This document shows positions 39,801-52,069 of a DNA stretch of 64,000 bases, piece after piece. Origin of the DNA: Geosiphon pyriformis uo1 (taxonomy: Eukaryota > Fungi > Glomeromycota); assembly GCA_016748015.1 (NCBI GenBank), contig JAAOMT010000706.1:441622-505621 (forward strand), written 5' to 3'. Within the stretch, counting starts at the first letter, position 1, and each line of letters opens with the position of its first letter. Under the pieces are notes generated by a model. That model searched no databases and was not told the origin of the DNA. It saw nothing but the letters and a program-made list of their open reading frames with translations. A program made the position numbers and the translations under genes.

Positions 39801-42240
39801 TCATTTCCTTTAATTGTTTCGAATTTACGAAAGTCACTTATTTCCTCAGCGCTTAATCATATTGATACGAGGCTTTTTGAAAATGTTCATGGTAAATGGG
39901 CTGATTGTTAAACTTCTATCTGTTTATTGCTTTAACTAAAGATGTTATTTTTTTTCTTAGGATTTATAATCCATATGAAAGCAGTGTGGGAAACCATTGA
40001 CGCAGAAGAAAGCTTTTTGCATTTCGAGAATTTTAAAACAATACAAAAGTGGAATCTGATGCAGAGCTTTGTTGAAGCACAACGAATTGCTTTCCTTAAG
40101 CCTTTCAAAAAAGAGGCAAAAGAAAAAATGGAGGAAAAAATCGATAAACTGAGATTGAATCCAACTGGCTATATTGAGATCAACGAAGAATATAAAAAGT
40201 TTCTTAGGCTTTCTTCAGACAAATTCGCTAAGGCTGCGGTTGATAATTTTTTTCAAAAAGTAGGAATTCAAATTGATGATATCATAAAGGATGAAGGCAA
40301 AACTCTCATTTGTGGTATGTTTGTGACGGAGAAACTAGAGCTTGAAGCAAAATGGCGTGAAAAAGAACTTTCCTTTCAAGAAAAGGCTCTATTAAATGAT
40401 GCAGAAAAGAACTTCAAAGAAACTATTCGGCGATATAATACACTTGATGAAGCAGCAAAACTAAAAACTGATCAAGAAAGGTCTCAAAAATTGTTCAATG
40501 ATGCATGGCACGATGTGGAAACTTTCCACAAGACTTCTATGGAAAATATGGTACTCAACGAAGTTCAGCTGCAGGAGCGTGTGGTTGATTCTTTCAATAA
40601 GGCTATACAACGTGGTCAAAGCAATGTTAAAATACATGAACTGAAATCCAGAATGCAGTTTGACCGAAAATTCTGGATGAAGTTGGAGAGGCCTGCGGCG
40701 TTACAAAAATACTTGAATGCTGATCTTCAGGAGGTTCTTGAAAATATTGAATTGAAGAGCAATAATTACTTTACAAAAATCAAGAAAAAATTGTGGCTTA
40801 CTGAAAAGGCAAAACAAAATTTGAAAAACAAAGCTGCAACGGCTATTCTTGAACATATTTCTCTTCTATGCGCAACAATTTGCAGCCAAATCTCCCATCA
40901 AAAGATCTTGAGAAACGAGTATGATGAAACTTTTCAATGGCTTCAAAAGTTTTCAGACGATTTATTTCTTTTTATGAGTAATCAATTCAATGATCCAAAT
41001 GCCGAATTTTTTCCTGAGCTAAATGATTTTAACATGATTGAGGTAGGCTATTGAACTTAATGGATTGTTTTTAACCCTTGGAGAATATTAATAAATCAAA
41101 TTATCTTACCAGAAATTTTATCGATGGCAAATCTATTCTACTTTGCAAAAGAATAATGCTCAATGGCTTGAGAACCAGGAGGGGAATTTAAAAAAATACA
41201 AAACTGAACTTGAAACAACTTTTAGAGAACTTGTGGCAAATAACTCTTCTTTTCAATCTCTCTCTAAAAACTTCTCAAAACACATCATCAATCGATTCGA
41301 GAAAACGCTTATTACCCTCGAAAAAAGCGTTCAAAATGATGTTGAGGAATATATCAAAGGTTGGGTTACTAAATATGGAGCCACTAACGAAGCACACGAA
41401 CGCAGTTTTGGCAAGCGTGATCTAAAGGCAGCACGCTGGTATATAAATGATTTGAGTGGATATTTAAGGCATGTTTTCGATGAAGAGTCCAAAAAGCGTC
41501 TTGAAGATATTAAAGAGAAAAAAGTTAAAAACATCATGGAAAAGATTGAAGAAACCCAATCTTCTCTTATGTCCCTTATTGATAAAGATTGGAGTCGAAG
41601 CTTTTCAGAAACTCTTGAAGATATTATTTCCAAACACGAGGGTTCCTCTCACTCAAAGAATGTCCATCAGTATGTAGAAAACTTCTCCTTCGCTGGTTAT
41701 TGTCGGGTAGATAGATCATCGCCAATCTGGGATGCACTCAAGCGAGATCTAGCCAAAGAATTTAAGGAATTAGAAGGAAATTGGGAAGGAGAAATAAATT
41801 CTCGCCTTCAAGCTCTCATTACAAGTACAATTAACATAAACTGGAGTAAAATAGGAGGCTGTACAGCAAGTTGTCCTATTTGCAAAGCAAAATGTGAACT
41901 TCCCGAAGGTGATCATACTCATGAAACTTCAACACACATCTTGGCTGCTTTCGGTGGATGTAATGACGTGAATACTCATGAGGCGGTTTTAATTGTTTGT
42001 TCTGAGGTAGATGCGCGTGATAAAGGAAAATGGCGGAGTCGTTTTGTGACATCCTTTGTTACAATCAATGAATTAATGCAAGCAAATCAGCCAAAATGGA
42101 AACCGCTATCATTTGGTCAAGTCCAAGAAGAAAAAGCAAGAAATATGAAACATATTTGGTGGCATTTGAGAAAAGAGTTATGTGAAAAATATGATATGAT
42201 AGACTCAACCCCAAATGATTGGGAGAGATATGCTCGGTAG
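36854..42240 (+). CDS. Interferon-inducible very large GTPase (VLIG/GVIN1)-like protein, ~1609 aa; exons 36854-36856, 36948-36999, 37067-38783, 38854-39090, 39186-39702, 39798-39891, 39961-41042, 41113-42240
   Basis: P-loop VISVIGLESSGKSTLLN; splicing restores SAGRCTKG; G3 LILDSEG; G4-like FVLRD; long helical region; C-terminal GCTASCPICKAKC...HTH...H motif typical of GVIN/URGCP. All seven introns are GT-AG and phase-compatible. The exon-3 acceptor could alternatively be 37069 or 37078. Confidence 0.9.
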
Positions 42241-44756
42241 ATTTCTCGCAGTGATATTCATTGAATTATAGCCACAGAATTCGAAATCAAACATTTTGAA
42301 TATCCTTTAAAACAAATTAGAGGAAAATGTGGCAATTTTTGTATTAAATTTTTAAATAGCACATTCTTTTTGCTTTCTTAATTTGCATTTTCTGCGATCA
42401 ACAAATAAATTGGTCATTGATAATTAACCAATGTTAAAGGTGATTAGTCATTTTAACATAAATTTTTAACCGAATTAAACAATATTTTATTATTTAAAAT
42501 ATGAAAAGTTTTTTCATGATCAGTTTAATTTGGTACTCTAAGCTAACAAACATTAATAAATATAGTATATATTTGCTATAGTAAAAAAATTAGATTGTAA
42601 GAATAATTTCGAATTTTTTTTAATTCAAAATTTAAAATGGAAGTTTTATGCCTGTGAGGAAGTTAATACCAGTACTATATTTGCAGTGACAAATATTTTT
42701 AATAGTGAAATCACTTTATTTATATCGAATGTATATCTAATTGAAAATTCTTCAAATGAATAAAAATTTAAATGCATTATATTTTGAGTCTGTAATGCAG
42801 CAAAGATTTAGACAGAGATTATACAAATAATTTAATTGAAATATTTAATAATATCAAAAACATGACAAGTCATTAATGTAAAACTCAAGATGTTACTCTA
42901 TCACAACTTTTATTAAACTTATTCTTATTCTTCAATTTAGGTTTAAAATAATTTTTTTTTAAAAAAAAAGAACAAACTTAATCAATCAATCGATTAATAA
43001 AAGTGTTCAATAAAATAATTATCTCATATGAATGAAAATATTGACAAAAGCTTCGCCGAAAATCCTTAAATCCCAAATAATAATTTACAGTAATGAAAAT
43101 GAAAAAAAAAATTTTTTTTTTAGTGAAATATCTTATATTAATATATTTTAAGAATTTACTTTTTTAGAATTCATTTCAAAAGGTTTTTTTTACAATAATA
43201 TATTCCCACTTGATAAATATTTCTAACCTTTTTGATAGATAAAAATTATATAGTTATTTAATCAAATTTTTTAAAATATTTAGTTAAGGGTATTGTTCAT
43301 TTAGTGTCATATATTTTTTTTAAATAGAAATGATAATCTCATATAGGATTTGATGTTGGATCTGATAAATAGGGAAAACTCCGAGATCATGATAAATATG
43401 AGATTAAATAACTTGTTAAATGCTTGAGTCGATAGATGTAGTTGAAGCCAAATTAGAAAATGGTTTAAAGAAATATTCAATGGATTTAAAAAGAAACTAC
43501 GATTGGCGTAAGATTCACTTAGAATTATATTATCTAGATTGACAATTAGATAGGAACTCATTACGAGGCTTTTGAGATAACATGAAATACTTTATCATCT
43601 AAAATACTTTTTTAAAATGAAATTATTCAATTCCTTTACGCCTACTATAATATCCTTGGAAATGGTAGACGTTATTTTATTTTACAGAAAGAAATAATAG
43701 AATGAAAATTATTGAAGATAATTATTAGGAAATATTTCAGAAGGTACTCCAAGTGCTTTGACTAACGGCTTCTTATTTTAATTTAAATAAATTTCAAGTT
43801 TTCAATATTAAATAAATATCACTGAAAATAATTTAGAGTTTGATTATTGTTTTTGTCTGAGATAATTTATTAGGTTAAAATACCTTTAACGATGATTAGG
43901 TTCTAACAAAATTTTATAGGTAAATACATTGAATAAATTATTAATTGTCTTGGGATCCGGTTACCAGATCGAACCAGCCAGTCATTTTATCATCAGAATT
44001 GGGCGTCAAAATAAATGGAGATGTCTCTTTATTATTTAAAATGAGCTGAATTAGATTGATTAATATACTGTATATATTGAAAATTGTTTACACCAGCAAT
44101 TTATTTGTGTTACATCTAATACCATAAAAAGCATTATCTACAATTAAATTTTTTAATGTAGTTTATTTGTTGATAAATAGGGAATTAAAAAGGCCATCTA
44201 TATAAAAAAATTTTTTTTTTAAAAAATCATAGAATTTTCATTTTATTTTATTTTTAAAAAACAATGTTGAATTCATTGGGATCATTAAAAATTCAATTTT
44301 TTATTTTGCCTTTTTGCCCTGAAAAATTATTTTTTTGACGCTTGATAATTTTATAAATTAAAAATGTTAGTCTTATTGCATTGTAACGCAAAGTAATTTA
44401 AAGGATAAAAAACAGTGAAATTTCTTTTAAACTTGAAGAGATCAAAAAATCTTTAAATTTTGTTATTTAGTTAGAAACAGTCTGTTGAATTCCAAATATA
44501 AATTAGGGAATTTTTGCTCTACAAATTATACTAGCCATTGTATTAAATACTTTATCTACAGTACACATGAGGAAAAACTAGACAGTGTATCAACAATTAA
44601 TCGTGAAATATTTCAAGTAATTTTCTGGAAATTGCACCACCATTTTTTCCCATTATATATTTACATGTGAATTGATTCCTTTCAAAAGCTATTGAATCGT
44701 TTTTAAAATAATTTATAACCTCTAAAGTTTCAACAAATAATAATTGAGAATACATA

Positions 44757-45330
44757 TCAGAAATCACATTCAAAGTTTTTCCATGAATATTTCTCAAGTG
44801 CTTCTTGTCTTTGTCTCTCACCTAAAAACCAAAGAAAAAAAATGAAATAAACAAGGATTAGTAAAGATTCAATAAAGTTTTCTCAAATGTTTTATGTTTG
44901 AAAGTTTTTGCTTACGTTCTTCAGGAGTTGGTAGATCAAGAATTAGGCATGGCCTGGCTAAATCATGTGATTCAGGAGGAGTTGGTAATTGGTTTTGTTC
45001 GCTTTTACTTTTTAACCCAACTTCTTCGTAAGAAATATCCCATACAGGGATCGAACATTCTTTTCGTTTAGTTCTCTTTGGTGTTGGATATTCAAAGCTT
45101 TTTGTAGGTGAAAATTTTGTTGCTGAAGATTTTTTGGAAATATTTTCAATTAATGTGTTTGTCTTTGTAGAAGATTTAATGATTGGTGCCACCTTTCGAT
45201 TATTCTTTGATTTAATAATCCGTGATGAAGAAGTTGAAGAATCTTTGATATGCTGTTGTGGAAGATGAGTATAAGTATTATGTTGAGAGATGGTCATTGA
45301 TGTTGATGGTCGCTTTTGTTTTGATTCCAT
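44757..45330 (-). CDS. Hypothetical Ser/Thr/Lys-rich protein, 159 aa; exons 45330-44916 and 44821-44757
   Basis: Donor C|GTAAGC, branch point TACTAAT, polypyrimidine tract and TTTAG|GT give the C-terminus PTPEERERQRQEALEKYSWKNFECDF*. Confidence 0.72.
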
Positions 45331-46186
45331 TTTTTGAGGTTAAACGTTGTATTTGGTAAGAAAAATGAAAAATGAAGAAATTTATAAGGGGATATAATTA
45401 TTTGATTTCACAAGAAGCTAATGATTTACTTTGGGATTGATCTTATCTTTTATATAAAAAAGTTCTTTTTCTTAAAACTGAAGGAACAAATTTTTTGCTT
45501 GGTTGCTTTTTCGAGTTTCGAAACCTTTCAAAGTATCTTTTTACGATAAAAGGTTTGCTTTCACTTGAATATTGGATTAAAAAAAAGTCATAGTTCCGAC
45601 TCAGCTTTTATATTTTTAACTCCCAATATAATTTACAATAACTAACTTTTAAATCATATTTTATTTTATTTTTGATGCACACTTTTATACTCGATAAATA
45701 AAATATGCAGTGTTTATATATTCTGTTTAGATTTATGTGTTACATGCGACAGTGTATGTATTAGTGTGTGAATTGACATATTCATGAAACAAACTTCATT
45801 AAGACGAATCTTTTAACACACACAACTGACCACCAGACCCACAACTAGCATAATCAATCACCTGTTTTGCCCAATTGTAACTTGACACATATTTGAATTG
45901 AAAAAAGATCAAATTGATAAATCAGTTTGATTTTTTAGCCTGACCGTGGTCAAAATTACAATTATGTATATATATATATATATTTTTCTTGAACATAACA
46001 GCATCAAATGTACTATCCTCATCTTCCTAGTGTGTATTATCAGTTGATGATGAGAGTCTTATAAAAGAACTCTATTCGATCATGACCTGCAAAGAAAATC
46101 AAATTAATTTGTCAATAATTAGAAAACTTGTAAGTTTATTTCAAGTTTCCTACATAATTAAAAATATTTCGATGAATGTAAAAAGA

Positions 46187-46240
<54 letters not shown>

Positions 46241-49200
46241 TTTACTTGTTTGTTTATTATTGTTCAACATTTGACATTGAATCTAAAGTTCATCATCAAA
46301 CATGAAAGATGATTCGCTCACTTCTAATTATCAAATGCAAATTTTACCTGATATCAAATGTGCCATTGATATTATATACTTGACATTTATCACAGTTTTT
46401 TTTGATCATCAGATCAAAAACGAATCAGCATAATAATATTTACAAATGGAGAGATGTGTACCCGTCTATTACCGTTAATTTTTTTGTGGTATTCTCTTTT
46501 ACATTATCTGACAGCTTGACAATTATAGGCTTCTATTATCATCATTCTGAGATCATCAAATATTAGGAATTCCCTCAATCAAGCAATAAAGTTCTATTCA
46601 TAATAGTTTATGTGGCGAGAGGGCTGAAGTCTAGTATACCCGATAGTTCTGGTTTCTCTTCTGTTATTGACGCTTAAGTTTCTTATTACTTTTGAGATTG
46701 CCCCGGCTGTGTTATCTTGCATTTTGAATGCACTACAGCTGCAATAACGAAACCGTTTGTTTGTGCTCAGGATGAAGCCAATCTTGTATTTCAAAAAGGT
46801 TAGGTAAAAAAAATGGGTATATTATTTGTATTCTTAAAAGTTTAATGTTGCGATAATTTTGTGCTCGGGTGTACGAGGGAGAAAACGAGATTATTTTTTT
46901 TCTGTGGTTTATTAGATCCTAATTTTTCAGATCTCATCCTAAAGGTTTATTGTGCATCCTTGGTATGACGAATGACAGATCGCAAATGGTTAGAAATTGA
47001 GCACGGAAAAAAATTCTCAATGTGAGAATCATAGACGATAGGGGTTGTATGATCCGGTTAATGCATACCACGCATGGCACCATTCACGAACAAAAGCCTT
47101 TGCATATATTGTGTAAAAAAAAGTACACTGAAATTGTGTCATTTTACCATGTTATGTAGCGTGATATGTTAGCCTGTGCAGAAAACACGCAGCAATGAAA
47201 TTAGTTTGTCGTATAAGATAGGTATACGGTAAATCCCTTTCTTTGACGTTTAATTTCTTCCCGCCAAAATTTTGATTATTCACCTATTCAAAAAGCCGTG
47301 ATTTGCTCGTGCCTTATTTTAGTTTTTGTCCTATTATTCAGCGAAAAATTATATATAGAGTTTTTTGAACTAGACATTCTAGAAAGACAATGGAAAGAAA
47401 TGACATGGGGGGGAGGGGGAAAGTTTTGCCGGGTCAATGGTTTTGAGATTAAAGAGTTTCGGTGGTTATGATATACGAATCGGGCGGGACCGTGCGTGAT
47501 TTCAAGTTTGATAATGGGCCAGTAAGAATCGATCATTTAAAGAAAATTCGAGATTTATTGAATCACCCCACAAGTTATCTTAAAGACCAAAAGGTGTTTA
47601 TGTTAAAAAAATTATATTGTTCTACATATTTGGACCTTTAATAATAATAATAATAATAATTTTGGGAATAAAAGTGACTCAAAAAAAGTTTGAGAACTTT
47701 TAAGGAGAGAGTTGTGAAATCATGGAAATTTTTTTCCCGAAAAATAATATTTTATTTGGTTTTTGCTTAGTAAATGTGTGTAATAAAAAGACAATAGGGG
47801 CTGAAACTTGTTTTTTTGTTTGTTTTATCATGTTGAGAAACAATAATCATGTGTGTGTTGAAAGAAAATATACACATAGATTAACTATTGAATGGATTAA
47901 TAAGCTCACGATCAAATCTTTTATAAAGATGCCAACAATCCAAGAAAATTCAACGATTTTTTTTTTTACCAGGAAATAACAACTTTCTCCCCCACAAAAC
48001 ACTAAAGATTTTGTAGATTAATTCAACGTTTTTGATTTGTTTTTAAGATTGAGAATTCCTGGATTGTTAACACCCAGGTCGTTCTCTTTAAAATAAATGA
48101 AGGTTTTACAAACAATAAAAAATCCAACCGTATTCATTTATTTGAACAAATTATATTTATTGTTTATAAAAATTTTTTTGACATCTATTAGAATAGAACT
48201 TTGAAATTTTTGTGAAATGTTGAATCAGCATAACAAGATCTATTTTAAACAGAATAGAGGGTTATTCATAGCACTATTTTTTTTTTAAAAAAAAAATCTA
48301 ATAATCTAAAATATTGGACAAAAGTTGATTGTAACTTATTTTTTTAAAATTCAAAGTTCCTTTATCGGGGGGGGGGGGCATAAATAATAAAACTTGGCAA
48401 AGAGCTTTCAAATATTTATAAAAACTTTTTTTTTTTTTTTGCTCACTGAAAATTCAAGATTTTAAAATTGAATATTTGAACTTTTAACTTTGAACAAAGA
48501 GATATACAAAATATATTTGTTTCAAAAACTCAAAATCAACCATCTTGATAATATTTTTAAAATAACAGAAAAAATGGGCGTGGAAAAAATAAGCATTTAA
48601 AAGTATTAAAATTATTTGATTTTTAGCGAAAATTGAGATTCAAAGATTATTAGCCTTATAAACCACAAATTTTTTTTTTTGCAACACAAAACCAAAGAAT
48701 ATTTTTTTGTTCTTTCCAAAATTGGCTAGTAACATTAGAAAATTTTTAAAGTCATTTTTTAAAGTCACTATTTTTCTAAAGCAACTACGTTTCTGGTTTT
48801 TTTTCGTTAAACAAATAAATCAGAAAAAGAAACAAAAATAGATATAAAAATAAAAATAGAAAGAGAATAGTCAAAGAAGCGAAATAAAACAAGAGCAAAG
48901 ATACAAAATACACAAAAAGGTAACAGGAAGATTCACATAACAAAAATGTAAAATTAATATTTTCGATCAAAGGAACTTTTATATGCTTGAAATGTATCGT
49001 AATTTAGAACAGACCAAAATGCTATGAATATTGTCCTTTATCAAAAAATCAAAGTATTTCTACGTTCATGATGACAGTCATTAATCTTTGAAAGTAGGTT
49101 ATCAGATATGAAAGAGAGATAAACTAAGGAATACTTGGCATATGCGAAAATTGAAATGTAGGCTCCATCAATTCTTCCTTTTTACTAAATTCAAGGTTCT

Positions 49201-49980
49201 GTTCTTGGACAATTGAAATTTGCCCATTATTTAATTGACCGTTTGGTTGGTTGGTTGGTTGGTTGGTTATTTAATTTTTGATTGGGAAGTGTTATTTGAA
49301 TAATTTGTGGAGCATCTCGAATTAACGCTTTACTTGTCGAAGGGATGTATGGTACTTGGTTAGAGCTGAAGAATTCACAGTTTTGAGCCATGCTAAAAAA
49401 AATGGTTTTATTTCTGAAAATTTTGGCTTCTTTTAGAGTTGAAAAGCCATCATTTTATATTAAAATCTTCAACAGGTCTGATAAGACCAAAATTTTCTCG
49501 TATGTTCTCAAATTGGTTTCAATGTTAAATGATGAATATATATTTTTGTTCCTCAAAAAAAAATCCCATGAGGGTTTTGGGTTAAAAAGAATATATTGGG
49601 ACTTGTAATAAAAATCATCAAGATCTTCATCCAGTTAGATTAATTTTAAGTTCAGTTATGCCAAGAAGAATTCAGTTTTGTCTATTACTTAATTGTCCAT
49701 TTGGTTTATTTCTGTAGCATTTCGGATAATTCCTTAAGAATATTTGTGTTTATATGTGATATTTTCCAAGAACGTTATAGCTGTACCAAAATATCAAAAA
49801 TTAGTTTCACAGTTTTGCTATATAATGAGTCCTTTTTTTACTAATCTTGAAAAATTTATCTTACTATCTTTTTATTCTCCCTACTAGTCAGCCCCAATTT
49901 AAGCCTAGTCAATCGAACTACGATAATTAAGTAAGGTCTTTATTTCCTCGCCTTTTAACGACAAAAATCATCAGAATCAA

Positions 49981-50217
49981 ATGTCTCAAAGCGGTGAATT
50001 CTTAAGTTCTAACCAAGGAACATACACCCCTTCAACAAGCAGTGAATTAATTCGTAATTCCACAGAGATTCATCATACAACTTCTCCTAATCAACCAAAT
50101 GGACAATTAAATAATGGACAAAACTCGATTATCCTTGGACAAAACCTTGATTTTAGTCAAAGAGTGGAATTGATAGAATCTACATTTCACCTTTCGTATA
50201 TGCCAAGTAACCCATAA
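49981..50217 (+). CDS. 78-aa microprotein, family member C (MSQSGEFLSSNQGTYTPS...NLDFS...TFHLSYMPSNP)
   Basis: Ungapped 54% identity to 1665-1901. TATATAATGA at 49819-49828. Confidence 0.8.
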   Translation: MSQSGEFLSSNQGTYTPSTSSELIRNSTEIHHTTSPNQPNGQLNNGQNSIILGQNLDFSQRVELIESTFHLSYMPSNP

Positions 50218-50301
50218 TGAATTTCTCTTCCATAAGTGATGACAATTGACGATAGAATAGTAATATTTGAATTTTTCGCTCACATACACTATTATTTTGT
50301 G

Positions 50302-50518
50302 TTTCAATTTCTGTTTCAGTTTCTATTTCAGTTTCCTTTTCTATTTCCGTTTCTATTTCCATTTCAATTTCCATTTCTGTTTCCATTTCTGTTTCAGTTT
50401 CCTTTTCTATTTCCATTTCTGTTTCCATATCCATTTCTGTTTCTATTTCTGTTTCCATTTCTGTTTCCATTTCCATTTCCATTTCTGTTTCTATTTCCAT
50501 TTCTGTTTCCATTTCTGT
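50302..50518. repeat. Degenerate hexamer repeat (TTTCCA/TTTCTG/TTTCTA)n, about 36 units
   Basis: Read directly. Generates the spurious FPFLFPF and METEMEIE track ORFs. Confidence 0.92.
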
Positions 50519-51562
50519 TCCTTCATTTCTTAATATATTTAATCATCATTTTGTTAAACCATCGAATTGTGCTATTGCATTATCATAAATACTCTATACA
50601 TACGAATTTTTATATTAGACCTCCATTATCTTCTTTTAATATTACTTGTTTAACTTTCTCAGAAAGAATAATAATCATTTTAACCCAGTTTTCATTAAGG
50701 CCCTACAAGAAACATTTTGAATTCATTGTCTATTATAATTAAATAAAGAATCCAAGTTTTTAAATGAAAAGTAATTCTGGTATTAAATTACTAATGTATG
50801 GCCAATTGATGCGAGTAATCCTTCTATTAATCTTATCCAACTAAAATCAACCTCATTAATATTAACATCAAAAATGATAATACATAAACTAGCATTCCCT
50901 ATGAAGTTAAGTCTAATCCCAAAACTATGTGCTTAGAAAGAATCACCTTTATGATATAGGTTTTTGAAGATTTTAAAGACTTTAGATATTGTGGTAAAAA
51001 GCATCCTTTAACAAAATTTGATATCAATGAAAAGTTTCATGTGCAAAAAATAAATATTTATTTATACCTAAAAACCTTACATTCCCTAAAGCTAATCGCC
51101 TCAATTCATATTTTTTCGAGTGAATAAATATAAATTCATTGCTCTTGCTTTTTACTATATATAATAGGTATTGAAACCATAAACTTTTATTGTCCGAACA
51201 AAGAATTGTATCCAATTGATACTTAAAAAAAAACCCTCACTAATAATACTAACTAAAGTACGTACAGTGTGTGATAAAAAAAATTATTATATGTACAGTT
51301 GGAACAGAATGTTCAACTTCTTTCCGGAAATATAATAGTCTTGACTTACTACATTTTTTAACTGACAGATTCAATTCTAATAAGATTTATAAGCAAAGCT
51401 TAAAATTAATTCCACTTTGGAAATAGTGAAAAATGAAGCTTATTACATGAAATTTTATTTGATACACCTTATCTGAATCTTGAAACAAATCATTATATTT
51501 GCAATAGTTTTTCGGGTTCCAAAAAATTTGGTACTTTAAAATAGAAAATCATATAAAATGAA

Positions 51563-52069
51563 TCAAATTAATACCTTAAAAATATCTTTTAAGGAAAATA
51601 TTAGTCCTACTCCCAAAACCAATCCAAAGATTTGCATCTTAACAACTTTAATTTTGTAACATCCAGAATTTTGAGCGATAGCAGTTGGACTAATAGTTTG
51701 TGTTATATTCCCAACTTTTAAAATAGATGTAGATGTTGGTCTATTAGTCGATATCTGAGATTGACCCGCTGGTTGCCAAACTGCTCCTGGGATCCCATTT
51801 TGTGGAGTTCCAGTATTTGGAGTACTGGATGACGCACCAGAGGTATTAGAAAATCCACTAGATGCTGGACGATTACCAAATTGGGGCTTTTTGTCGTTTT
51901 TAGGGCCAAGTAAACCACCTCCAGGTCCTTGAGCAGCCGCGGAACCACCGGGCATGTAGTCTGCAACATTTACCGATGGCATTTGTGATTGTTGAGATAT
52001 TATAATTGGTAGAGAAGCAGATATTAGAACGACCGAGAAGAATATATAAAATCGGTTAAGATTTTTCAT
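51563..52069 (-). CDS. Secreted, probably GPI-anchored Gly/Ser/Pro/Gln-rich surface protein, 168 aa
   Basis: N-terminal hydrophobic signal (FYIFFSVVLISASLPIIIS), low-complexity body, small-residue site (QNSG) and hydrophobic tail (IFGLVLGVGLIFSL). Confidence 0.78.
   Translation of the reverse strand: MKNLNRFYIFFSVVLISASLPIIISQQSQMPSVNVADYMPGGSAAAQGPGGGLLGPKNDKKPQFGNRPASSGFSNTSGASSSTPNTGTPQNGIPGAVWQPAGQSQISTNRPTSTSILKVGNITQTISPTAIAQNSGCYKIKVVKMQIFGLVLGVGLIFSLKDIFKVLI

Noticed and set aside
50180-50742. METEMEIE / FPFLFPF / FCFHF ORFs
   Set aside because: All arise from one hexamer repeat.
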